A DNA stretch of 64,000 nt from Lingula anatina. Taxonomy: Eukaryota; Animalia; Brachiopoda. The stretch covers positions 37,082,401 through 37,146,400 of the forward strand of contig CM120641.1 in NCBI GenBank assembly GCA_051362555.1, read 5' to 3'. Positions 53,602-64,000 of the stretch are shown one piece after another. The position numbers and the translations under genes were made by a program. The notes under the pieces are model-generated. The model was not told where the DNA came from, made no database searches, and worked only from the letters and a program-made list of their open reading frames with translations. Every line of letters starts with the position of its first letter. Position 1 is the stretch's first letter.

Positions 53602-53817
53602 GACTGCATTCCCACAGATTTAGATCGATCCATCTGGATCAACCTACCTCCCTGGGGTTCATGCTAAATTGCTGTCAGCCGAGCGTGCACGGAAGTTAAT
53701 TACCCCCTTACAGCTTTTAGTAGGTGGGACAGACATTTAAGCTGACTAAGCTCACAATAAGACTAGTGAGACTCCCCACGAGGATAGATTGATCTAAAAA
53801 TGTGTGGGAATGCAGTC
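53602..53817 (+). mobile_element. family A MITE in the presumed SLC25A29 3' UTR
   Basis: TIR GACTGCATTCCCACA / TGTGGGAATGCAGTC; about 95 bp past the stop codon. Confidence 0.9.
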
Positions 53818-53911
53818 CAAGTCATAATTTTGCTGCAAAAAGTAAAATTATGCCTTTACGTCAATTTTCAAGTGACAATTCACTAGTTGCCTGTCTTTTC
53901 AATTTTACAGA

Positions 53912-54718
53912 CTATATTTCAGAAGCCGCTGCCCCAGCCATTCTATCCACACTGTGGATTTCACTGCCCAGTTGTGTGTGGTGATGACCCGATATAGTTT
54001 CCATGGTCTCATTCTCACTCGGACGCACAGACCTTAGGAAAAGTGCTACCACGGTAAAAGTTGCAGCATTTACTGGAAAGGCCCTTAGAAGAGTAGAGTT
54101 AAGCCCAGTCCATAAGCACCCTAGCCCTTCAGCTTTAATAGATTTTTGGAAACAGTCATAAGCATTCTTGTACTGATTTGGACCATTTGCTCCATCAGCT
54201 TGTATCCGAGACTTGATAACATCAACAGGGTAAGTAACAATCCATGCAGCCATGCCACTGCAGCCCCCTGCCACTAACAACCCTAACATACTCACATCAT
54301 CATCAGGTTGCTCTACCATCTGTCTACACAAATACTCATAAGTAGCAAAATAAACCCCAAAACTGGGTGTTTCTCTCACAACGGTAAGATTAAACCCTTT
54401 AAACACCCCACGAATCCCATGTGCTTTGTAGATCTTCCTCAGGCAATCAATTGGGCCTGTATACAAATGTTTTGTGGTTTTGAACTGTGTTCTTGATTCA
54501 CCCTTCCCTTGAATCTGCATCCTTGTTTTGGCCAGTTCCATGGGGCTGCACACTACACACTGTACAAGGCCAGCTGTAGCCCCTGCCAAGAAGTGGCTCT
54601 GTAGTGTATCTGGATTGGTCATTCTTCTCTGAACATTTCCTTGGACTCCAAAGACTATGGCATTGATAAGTGCTAGTCCGTAAAGTGGAGAAGCCATCCC
54701 CTTGTATAATCCCAGTAC
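53912..54718 (-). CDS. SLC25A29: SLC25A29-like exon 4 (terminal)
   Basis: ttttag|GTA..TAG; VLGLYKGMASPLYGLALINAIVFGV..PMELAKTRMQ..RETPSFGVYF..YPVDVIKSRIQ..LLRAFPVNAATF. Three carrier repeats overall; total CDS 969 nt = 322 aa. Close paralogues SLC25A45/47/48 are not excluded without a tree. Confidence 0.93.
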   Translation of the reverse strand, partial: VLGLYKGMASPLYGLALINAIVFGVQGNVQRRMTNPDTLQSHFLAGATAGLVQCVVCSPMELAKTRMQIQGKGESRTQFKTTKHLYTGPIDCLRKIYKAHGIRGVFKGFNLTVVRETPSFGVYFATYEYLCRQMVEQPDDDVSMLGLLVAGGCSGMAAWIVTYPVDVIKSRIQADGANGPNQYKNAYDCFQKSIKAEGLGCLWTGLNSTLLRAFPVNAATFTVVALFLRSVRPSENETMETISGHHHTQLGSEIHSVDRMAGAAASEI

Positions 54719-55100
54719 CTAAAACATAGAATGGCTCACAAATTATGATATCATAAAGTCAATTGTGGCAAAACTCTGAAGGTAATGCTGGAAATTGGTA
54801 CCAGCTGGAATCAATGTTGCTGGTCCTGTCTAGACATGGAGTTCAGTAAGTGGTGTAACAGATTCAGCCATGTCATTCTTGGGGCTCAAAGCTCTTTAGT
54901 AAAAGATGAATGCGGTATGGGCCTTGTCAATTCCGCTGCTATAGGGATTAATAACATATGAAATAGACACAGTGCATGTAGCTTTTGTATGTTAAGGGGC
55001 ATCTAAAAGACGTACGCGTAGGCTCCTATGGGCCATGGTAATCTTCCTGTTATTGAGCTACTGTTTTAGGGGCAGGTAGGGGTGAAGTAGTAACACATGT

Positions 55101-55380
55101 GGCCATATTCAGAACAAATGATCAGCGGACTAACTGATCCATGGACTTAATATGATGGACCTCACTTAAAAGCAAAGCTGCCTGATACCCCAATGATCTC
55201 CCTGCATCCACACACACACACACACACACACACACCATCCCTGCAAAGGCCTAGGAATTAAGCCCCGAAACCGAAATTTAATCCATGTGGAGGTGAGGAG
55301 ACCATCAGAAAATTAGGTGGCTCTGCTTTTAAGTGGGGTTGGCCATATTTAATCTGCACATCAGTAAGTTTGCGGATCAT
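55101..55380. mobile_element. degenerate family B-related foldback MITE (SLC25A29 intron 3)
   Basis: Inverted arms ATGATCAGCGGACT..CACTTAAAAGCA / TGCTTTTAAGTG..TTTGCGGATCAT. Confidence 0.6.
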
Positions 55381-55472
55381 CTCCCAGTTCAGATCTTATT
55401 TAAAGTTGATGTGTATGCTTCTGTAGTGTTAGAAAACTCACAGGTTCATGATCAATATCAAGATAAACTTAC

Positions 55473-55556
55473 AGATTCTTTTGCTATGATGGTCCTAAAG
55501 CATCCAAATGTCCCTTTATAAAGGCGTTTTGCTGGGTCTTGTGTTTGCAGCCTTAC
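55473..55556 (-). CDS. SLC25A29: SLC25A29-like exon 3
   Basis: tttcag|GTA..TCT|gtaagt; VRLQTQDPAKRLYKGTFGCFRTIIAKES; 84 nt. Confidence 0.94.
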
Positions 55557-55661
55557 CTGAAATAAAAAAATTTATAAGCAACTCTTATCCAGACCAGACT
55601 GGATGCTTGTTTTTAGTCTTAAGTTTTTATGTCTACAAGCCTGGGTGAACCTGTGACCTGT

Positions 55662-55917
55662 GGGGCCATTCAGAATAAAGCACTAACTGACCCGCCGAAA
55701 AAATATGGCTGACCCCACTTCAAAAGCGATGCCAATGATTCCTGATGTTGTCCCCACCTTCACATGCGCTATTAAAGGGATTACACCTCGGCTCCAATGG
55801 GTTTACTTGCTAGGCCCCTGCAGTGATGGCGCGTGTAGAGGCGGGGAGACCATCATGAAATTAGCAGCATCGCTTTTGAAGTGGGGTCAGCCGTATTTAG
55901 TACATCTATTCTGAATA
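55662..55917. mobile_element. degenerate family B-related foldback MITE (SLC25A29 intron 2)
   Basis: Arms AATATGGCTGACCCCACTTCAAAAGCGATG / CATCGCTTTTGAAGTGGGGTCAGCCGTATT. Confidence 0.65.
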
Positions 55918-56321
55918 ATAGAATCCAGATTCATACTTGTTATTACTATATAGGTATGATATACTATCTTAGAGAAACTTCAACCCCAAAACAAACTTGA
56001 CTTCAAAAATTAAACACAAATAGGCTGACAGACAGATAGACAAGACACTGACTAGCAAGCAACTTCATAATTATCATTCTGGTAATTATGTCAACATAAC
56101 ATTTGCTAGACTCTCATAATCCACAAAGGGATAATACTGCTGTCAGTAATGGCTTCTCATCACATTCTAGAGTATTTATTAATAAATTATAGTCTAGGTC
56201 CAGTTTCATAATTCATAATTATCTCATACAAAGACTGCTGTAATTCTTTTGCTTGCTGTGTATTGAATCTTTCTGAGTCCATCAAATTGCACAACAGTTT
56301 GTTTTTCATATGATAATTTAC

Positions 56322-56365
56322 CTTCACAGTATCAAACGGATGGCCAACCAGAACCCCTGCACACC
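56322..56365 (-). CDS. SLC25A29: SLC25A29-like exon 2
   Basis: ttacag|GG..AAG|gtaaat; (G)CAGVLVGHPFDTVK, carrier signature Px[DE]xx[KR]; 44 nt. Confidence 0.95.
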
Positions 56366-56778
56366 CTGTAACAATAAACATGCAATGACCACAAAGAACC
56401 AGGGGTATTCACAGTTACAAAAATATAATTTTTTGTTACTAATACAAGATGGAAATACATGACATCTGCAAGTAAATTTAAAAAGAACTCAGTTTATGTG
56501 GCTAACTTAATAAACATAAATGCATACATATTCGGTTAATAGTTAATATATAGCATGAGTGGTATTTACATCCAGTGGCTGTTCTGTTGCTTTGATTGAC
56601 AAAATTACTTTTGTTTTTTGGTGTGTTATGGTTGTAGCAGCTAAATTTAGGACTTTGACTTCTTTTTTTTTTTTTTTTGGGGGGGGGGGCGGAGTGAGGG
56701 GATGTTGAATCCACAATTTGGGCTATTTTTGAGCATAAAAATGCAATCAAAACAGCAGCATCAAGATTTTACTAAATA

Positions 56779-56812
<34 letters not shown>

Positions 56813-57543
56813 ACCAAAATTAGGGTCAGCTGCATTCATTGACCAGCTAATTAATTTGACCTAATCAAAATTAAGCTTTAAAATTGACTTACATGCAGTA
56901 GGCAGAACAGGAGACACTGGCCCCATATTTTTCAAATAAATTACTGCAAAGAACTCTAACAAAAAGGCTATCTAATATCCTTTTCTGCATTTCATGGAAA
57001 TTCATGTTCTCTGTGATACAGTTGTTGGAATGATAACTGTAGAATTCAATAGTATGGAATACTGAACCCTTTGATGCTGAATTCATTGTCATGTGAGTAC
57101 ATGTAATATCTTATTTTGCTCTAAATGCTGCATACACACACACAGACACACATTTTAAAAAGATATGAGCCTTTACCTAGCTTAAAAAAGGTTGGGAGAA
57201 TTATTATCATATAATATACTGGGTATGAACACAGTGATATGGGAATAGGACCAGTGCCAACTGTACAAATGCACTTACTCCAGTTGGTGGTACAATACCC
57301 GGAGGCAGTATCGCCTATCAGATCCTCTAGTTTTTTTCGTTGTTTAAGTATATTCATAAAAAGTCTCTTTGAGAGGTCTTTTGGTATTACTTTTCTATTC
57401 ATATCATGGTTTTAAGTGGTATGAGGTATTTGTTCTACATGTATGTAGTTTTATGAATTTATTTAACAGTTCAAAATTACTAATTTTTTTGTTTTAACAA
57501 CAATCACTATTTTACAAATTTCCAGATGTGGTGTAGATGAGCA

Positions 57544-57917
57544 ATGTAGAGTTTACATGTAATGTTATTACTGTTGTACGCATGCACAAGGAATTAGGAA
57601 TAAACCCAGTGAAGTGTCAACACCTGTTGTTGTGGGTTTCTGTGTGTTGTTGGTCAGGAACCAGAAAGTACAGTTGACATAATAGTTAGTTTGGTTTGTT
57701 TCAGATAGTTTAAAGAATGGTTGTTGTAATTTATGTTAAAGGTAAAAAATCTAAAGGGAGAAGAGATGTAGTGTTAACATGTTATGTTATTACTGTTGTA
57801 TGCCTGCACAAAGAGTTGGAAATAAGCCGAGTGAAGTGTCAACACATGTTGTTGTGTGACTCTGTGTCTTGTTGGTCAAGAACCAGAAAGTATAGAGGAC
57901 GCAGTAGTTAGTTTGGT
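57544..57917 (+). repeat. diverged ~150-bp direct repeat pair in SLC25A29 intron 1
   Basis: ATGTTATTACTGTTGTA..AGTGAAGTGTCAACAC..GAACCAGAAAGTA..TAGTTAGTTTGGT at 57544 and 57766. Confidence 0.85.
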
Positions 57918-58101
57918 ATAATAACCTGTTATTAAAGACTACAATCACAGGCAGATCAAGTCCTCTGAAGAATCCATATTAATATCAGTCAGGTTGCTTA
58001 TTTTTCAGCCAAACCTTGCAGTCTGTAGATTCCAGATATACTCAAGATATTTCATCAGGACATTGGTCTGCCTGTGCATCAGACATGTTAAGATATGTGA
58101 T

Positions 58102-58376
58102 TCCAGCGAAAATTATTTCCACTTTAGCTCAAGTGTTGGGCCACTGTAAATCACTGTGCCCTTGGTTTTAGGTTGGGTCATTAATTGTTGTGCAAGTTGC
58201 AGAAACATTGGTGATTATAATTGGTCCACTGTTGGGCAAACGTGAATGCATTGGTGGTTTGAGGTTGGAACAAAGGTTGGTTATAAGTTGGGCCAACGTA
58301 AATACACTGTTGGTTAGAAGTTGGGTAATTGTTAGACCAATGTTGGCATTGGGCCAACATTTGCATGCTACCTGGG
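58102..58376. mobile_element. degenerate CCCAG-terminal (EnSpm/CACTA-like) non-autonomous element in SLC25A29 intron 1
   Basis: Repeated (G)TTGGGCCAA(C) motifs; ends GCTACCTGGG. Confidence 0.55.
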
Positions 58377-58433
58377 AATAAGTATAAAATACAATTTATA
58401 CTACTACTAATACTACCACTAGAAAATATGTAC

Positions 58434-58467
58434 CTCCAAGGCAACCTGCCACAAAATCCAGTGCCAT
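58434..58467 (-). CDS. SLC25A29: SLC25A29-like mitochondrial basic amino acid carrier, exon 1
   Basis: ATG GCA CTG GAT TTT GTG GCA GGT TGC CTT GGA G|gtacat = MALDFVAGCLG(G), the typical SLC25A29 N-terminus; 34 nt. Confidence 0.9.
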
Positions 58468-58600
58468 AATTCCCTGTTTTTTGCTAAATGCTCGACCACA
58501 TTATCCCTGTTCACGTCTCTCCTTCTTTCACTTTCGTATATAGTGGAGATCAATACTTGTTTATGTCAAGAAATTGAGTTCAATTCCCCATTTTTATGTA

Positions 58601-58656
58601 TGACCTTGTGCTCCAAACTGGATTCAGGCTACGGCAGGGTCAGAGGTCAGAGGTCT
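58601..58656. promoter_or_regulatory. nuclear-receptor half-site cluster upstream of the SLC25A29 ATG
   Basis: TGACCTTG (58601-58608) and GGGTCA-G-AGGTCA-G-AGGTCT (58637-58656), 130-190 bp upstream of the start codon. Confidence 0.4.
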
Positions 58657-61038
58657 TTGTTTTCAGAATATTTATATAAGATTTCTTAAAGTGAGGTGTG
58701 TCTGCATGGATGAACCATTTGTGTTGTGTTTCTTTTATTCCTCTAGAGTACTAAAGACGTGCTTAAAGTAAGATTAAGTTGAAGTCATGAAATTATGAAG
58801 TTTTCATTCAATACCCACTTCTCAACTCTACAAACCTCAAAACTGTGTTCAAAGAAAGTATAAAACCTCTTTTTAAATTTGACTTTAATCAGTTTGATGC
58901 TTTTCAATTCAGTTATTGTATTAATTCAAATTCAAATAGGGTCAATAATTTGATCCCTTAAAAAATGCGTAACAAAGCTTTGAAGCATTACTACAAACTA
59001 TCCGAAAAGAAAATGAAGAGATGAGAGGCAACAAAAATTCCTTGGCCCGTCTCTCTAAGCTTCAGGATAGGTTTTAACACTTTAATTTATATATAAAATG
59101 ATAATCAGAATTGATTGAGTTATTAAATGATTAAGCAAATATACTTTGGCATTGCTCAAAAACCCTATTAGGTAATAAAATTGATAGCATTATAGGACTT
59201 GCCTTTTGGAAGCTAATTAATTGTAATTTGTGTCACATATCCTTGTGGACACACACCTCTTTAGCTTTTAAAAATGAGCTTTAAAACCATTTTATTTCTG
59301 TAGTAAGAAATAAATAAAACTGAAAGAAAAGAAATATCACCATTTCTGAAAAAATATGTATCTGTTAGGTACATTAACTTACAATGTAATAAGTGTGAAA
59401 ATAAGCACACCTGGTACTCTTACACTCAGGAATGATTTCAGGAATGCAGTGACTGCATTATTTCATTTTAATAGACAGACACAGTATGTGTCTGTTTACA
59501 TTTGTGCAGTTTTTTCTTCAAATTTGCTGAGTGGTAAAAGGCAGGTTTCTTTCTATATAGGCAACATGATCAGCTTATTATTATGAAAGTCATTGATTTT
59601 GTTTTTGAAAGCAGCAATATATTGTTTATGTACATGTTGAAAATTTCAAATGTTTAGATGTTTACTGAAATGTGTCTGTTTATCTTATAACTGAACAATG
59701 GGAGTGACTTTTTTTTCAATTAATTGTCTATTTATAAACCAGTCTTGCATCATAATCTTTCTTTTGTATCCTGGTAGGTTGTTTGCTTATGTTTTTTTTT
59801 CCCAACCAACATCATATTTCACAAGCACAAGCTCACCATATAGACTAGACGCTGATCCTGAAAAGAGGCTTATAAAGTAACTTTTATTTCCTCAGTTGTT
59901 TGCTCATGGATTTTGTTTCAACCCACTTGATATTTCACATGTATGAGCTCACCATAGGGCACGTGTATTGTCTTTTGAACATATTCATTTATTTTAGACA
60001 AACTATGTGTGTGTTTGTATGATTGTCTTGATAATCAATTCAAAGTGATTGAATTAGACTAGTTGATTAATTAAAATCTGTTTTACATCAAGTATGGATT
60101 CATAGCTCTCCAACTTTTCAACCCAAATTATTTCCTGACTGCGTTAGGAGGCACTGTGTTAGGTGAACTTTTTGGAACATTTGTCTTGATGTGCAGTCTG
60201 GCACAATCATTAGACCCCTTCTTGAAATATGACAGTTTTTATTCTTCTATGGCTTTGGGCTGAACGGTCCATCAGCTGCACAAATACAGGAGAAAAATAG
60301 ATGAAAATAAATTTCACCAGTCCTACAGAATCAGCACACTTTATTCAGATCCATAGTGCAATATAAAGATTCAGGGGGTAAATAAAAACCTTTTAGCTGA
60401 GAATAAATCATCTCATTATGGTTCTTCGTGGACTCTTTAAACTACCTTTACAGCATCTTATTTCACCGTCTTGGTGCTTTTTGTGAACCTTCAGTGAGTA
60501 GTTAACTTAAAACTGTTAAAGATCATGGCTTTAAGTATAATTACATTTTAGATAAATGCCTATTGAAAATTCCTTGAAATAATAATAATAATAATAATAA
60601 TTTTATTGAGTACAGAAATGTTTTTACATTTGAAGGCTCTCTAAATGAAAAAATAATTGTAGCGTTATACAATATATATTATAAAGAGATACAATTAAAA
60701 TGGATGGGATTTTTTGTGTATTTGTTACCAATTATTTGGGTTTTATCATTTTATCAACATTAAATAAAGCCCCCTTGTAAGATTTTAGATGCCTTTGTTT
60801 GTGTGACCAGTTCATCCAAATACAGTATACAGTTAACAGGGACACTGTCTATTTATCTAGTCCATCATTTGTGTATAGAGCTGGGCAAAGCTTGTCACCT
60901 TATTTGACTCCAAAGTTAAAGATATGGATGTCAGTGACCTCTGCAGGGGAATCAAAAGCAGACACAGCTACTATTTATCAGCTCTTTGCAGCAGTACCAA
61001 AAGTGGATGTTAGCTTGTGCTTTTAAACTACAAACTAA

Positions 61039-61253
61039 GGCTGTATTCCCAGAGCTTTTAGATCGATCTATCCCCGCGGGGAGTCTCACTAGATTACTGT
61101 CAGATAATCCGGCTTAAATGTCCGTCCCGCCTACTACAAGCTGTAAAAGGGTAATTAACTTTCGTGTCCGCCCGGCTGACAGCTATTTAGCATGACCCTC
61201 CAGGGAGTTAGGTCGATCTAAAGTAGATCGATCTAATTTCTGGAAATGGGGTC
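61039..61253 (-). mobile_element. family A MITE
   Basis: TAA|GGCTGTATTCCCAGA...TCTGGAAATGGGGTC|TAA; absent from the paralogous site near 43395. Confidence 0.9.
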
Positions 61254-61369
61254 TAATACACTATTGAGAGATTGTGTGGTCAGTTGTATTATTGAAGCTC
61301 AAATGAACATGGTCCTTATAAATGTTATTTTTGTGTAGTTTTGCTGTTCAGGCATACAGAAGAGAAATT

Positions 61370-61630
61370 GGGTTCATTCCCAATGAAACTATTCTCCTAC
61401 GTAGATCGATCCAACTCTGCGGGGACTCTTGCTGAATGCAATTAGATTAACAGATAGACACGTCTTTTCTTAGTGTTGAGTAGAATTCAGAAGAGCTGGT
61501 GATTATATGAGTGCATTGGAAACAAGATGTGTTTTAACATTAAAATCTTTTACACTGATTGCACTCAGCAGGAATCTCCAGGGAGTTGGATCGAACTACG
61601 TAAAATGATTGTTTCAATGGGAATGAGACC
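61370..61630. mobile_element. Harbinger-type MITE, family D (same insertion as 43519, carried by the duplication)
   Basis: Same element with homologous flanks on both sides. Confidence 0.75.
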
Positions 61631-61977
61631 TTGATAAAGTCAAGAAGAGAAGATCTTTAAGCTGGGTTGAAAATTACCATTGTCCTTTTTATGATCAAAA
61701 TTGGTTCATGCACCATGGTAGTTACATTTACCTGTTAAAATTCTTCTTAAACCACAGTATAACCAGTTCAAACAGGCAGATTATAAACACCTTATGTTTA
61801 TTTATAGATTTACAGCATGATAATCTCTTGCAGTACAAGTAGGCTAAAAATTACACCTTGCAAAAGTTATCAATGGAGCTGAAGTACCTTTGAGTTGGAT
61901 TGCCCACTTCTTTGCACATGTCTAGAAATCAAGTTTCAACAAGTCTCCTAATGAAAGCATCTAGAGTATAATTTCCT

Positions 61978-63336
61978 GTCTTTTGTTTAAATTTTGAAGT
62001 TTAATTGATCGAAATGTTACAGTCATAAATGTTAATCAATCACAAAGTTTCTCACTTTTGCCTTAAAGTATGACAATACTTCACTGAGATATTTAAAAAT
62101 ATCACTTTGCATCCTTTCTTCACAATTTGAACTAGTTATCAGCAAATATTACATTCCACTGCATAACTACAGTTGTTCTTCTTTGTAAAAGAAAATATGA
62201 AACACCATTCTCAAAAATACAATGTATTTATTAGGTATTGAAAACAATTATATCAGTTGCAAAGAACAACGTATTGCAATTCTGTTTGAATAGAATAAAT
62301 TTTTTCAGTAGTATGCCTTATTTATACCATTCAAAATAATACTGCTGAGTTCTGACATATCACGTCTTGGCAGCTGTAAGTTTCAAAACCATAACTGTGT
62401 ACTTCCATGTAATCTAGAATACCACAACAAAATTATGCTTCAAGAAAGTAAAATATTATTACCAAATATATTTCAAATCCATTCTAATGTTTTTGATAAG
62501 TACTTTTTATACTTAATACATACAGTGACCTTTTGCAAATTTCACTTAGAGAACATTCCACATTTTGTGTAATACAGAAAATCCATGATAACAAAAAAAA
62601 AAGTATTCAATGGCACATTTAAAACTTATAGTTTCTTGATGATTAGAATTTTAATTTATTTTCATACAACTCATACTTGTTATTTGAGGTTTTATACATG
62701 TGATAAATATTTCTGAAAAACAATCACTGCAAAATAAATTGAAATACATGTGTGAATGAATCACAGATGGATATGGGACTCAAGTTCATGTGATAGTGCT
62801 TCACCATTATCCTACTAAAAGTTTAATAACAGAGCAAAAATTTCATATTATCAGTGTATCTGCATAGTAAAATGACAGCTGGAGCCTTAATAAAGTCCAT
62901 TCAGCATCTTAGAAGTGCGAAGTTTTATAAAGGTATGATTACAGAAAGCAACTTAAGCATAATATATTCACACATTCCCTCAACAACTAAACCCCAAACT
63001 AGGGTCTCTATTTATTATGTGACAAAAATTAAGCAAGATGATATGAAACTAAGAAAGCCAACTCCTAATGTTTAATACCAGGATTACCCATCTAAAGTCA
63101 AACTGACTGTAAATGCATACAACTGTTGTATAAAGACTGTAATATTTCGATGTATTTGAAAGTGTTAAATTGAGAAGTGGAGACACATTAAAAATAAACC
63201 TCTTTAAGTGCAGTCTATTTTATTACATAAGAAGTTGACTTTGGCAGTAGCATCTATGGATGGAAGGGACATTCAATAAACAAAACAATTTACCTTCACT
63301 GTAATTGGAAATTAAAACTTCTGTGAGCTTATGTAA

Positions 63337-63368
<32 letters not shown>

Positions 63369-63970
63369 GCAGAAGAAGAAGAATAAAGAAATTTTGATTT
63401 GAGAATGTCCTAAAAGGCAACAGGTATAACTAAATTGTTTTGCTGTTGATGACAACTTCAGCTGCCTTATGTTGTTGACTTAATTTCACTTGAATACTGA
63501 TACAACAAACTAAAACTGTTTTCTTCCAACTAGCCATATATATGACTTGCTACAAAAATGGACATGGAACCACCCTAAAACTGGAACTGTATCACAAAGC
63601 ATCACAACCAGCTTTTAAGGCACACTGAGATTCTTAAATGAAAAGATTAACTGTTAAATGTATATATACAGTGCACTGTGTTTTTTAAAGAAATAAGAGT
63701 GTATCAAAGCTGAAATAAACTTTGTTCTTTGAGTAAAGAAAACTACCGTGAGGATACTGAAAATGTGACTTACACGTTAAATTCAATGAGTGTAACAATA
63801 CCAAGTGTCTCAGTTTATAAGTAGTGGCCAGTTCCCAACAGAGACTGCTTCAATCACAGTAGCGACCAGTTTCAGTCACTTTCACATAGGCTTTGAACAT
63901 CATAGCTCCATTGCATGACGTGCTACAAACTTAATGATCCATTTACCCCCAGCTAATATGATATCAAATA
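61978..63970 (+). repeat. diverged direct duplicate of 47880-49369 + 53413-53550
   Basis: Colinear matches, e.g. AAAATAAATTGAAATACATGTGTGAAT, TTTCACATAGGCTTTGAACATCAT, CTAATATGATATCAAA. Confidence 0.92.
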
Positions 63971-64000
63971 AACAAGCCTCCTTCCAGTGAAGTGAAATAA

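Larger units (their letters stand above)
58775..61805 (+). repeat. diverged direct duplicate of the CPSF2 last intron (~41970-43900)
   Basis: Long colinear matches, e.g. AATGATAATCAGAATTGATTGAGTTATTAAATGATTAAGC and TATAACCAGTTCAAACAGGCAGATTATAAACACC in both. Confidence 0.92.

Noticed and set aside
58775-63970. Duplication as an assembly or haplotype artefact
   Set aside because: The copies differ by many substitutions, indels and independent TE insertions, and the second lacks the CPSF2 exon, which fits an old real duplication.

Overview
AT-rich eukaryotic (invertebrate; probably mollusc/lophotrochozoan, which is an inference) genomic DNA with two convergent intron-containing genes. (1) The 3' part of CPSF2/CPSF100 on the + strand: 12 phase-consistent exons between 10431 and 44249 (433 aa + stop), including a 21 kb intron and an upstream intron of more than 10 kb. 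(2) A complete 4-exon SLC25A29-like mitochondrial carrier on the - strand (58467..53912, 322 aa). Almost all ORFs in the supplied track are spurious. The rest is rich in non-autonomous DNA transposons: several PIF/Harbinger-type families (TWA target-site duplications), TTAA-flanked Kolobok/T2-type MITEs, two CAGG-terminal families with 5-bp TSDs, a 4 kb CACAG-terminal element, a TA-flanked element, and an L2-type LINE remnant. The main structural result is a ~5 kb diverged direct duplication (58775-63970) of the last CPSF2 intron plus the region downstream of SLC25A29. It provides empty-site controls for several insertions and predicts a second SLC25A29 copy just beyond the window. I found no clearly novel multi-gene system; the best leads are listed as findings.
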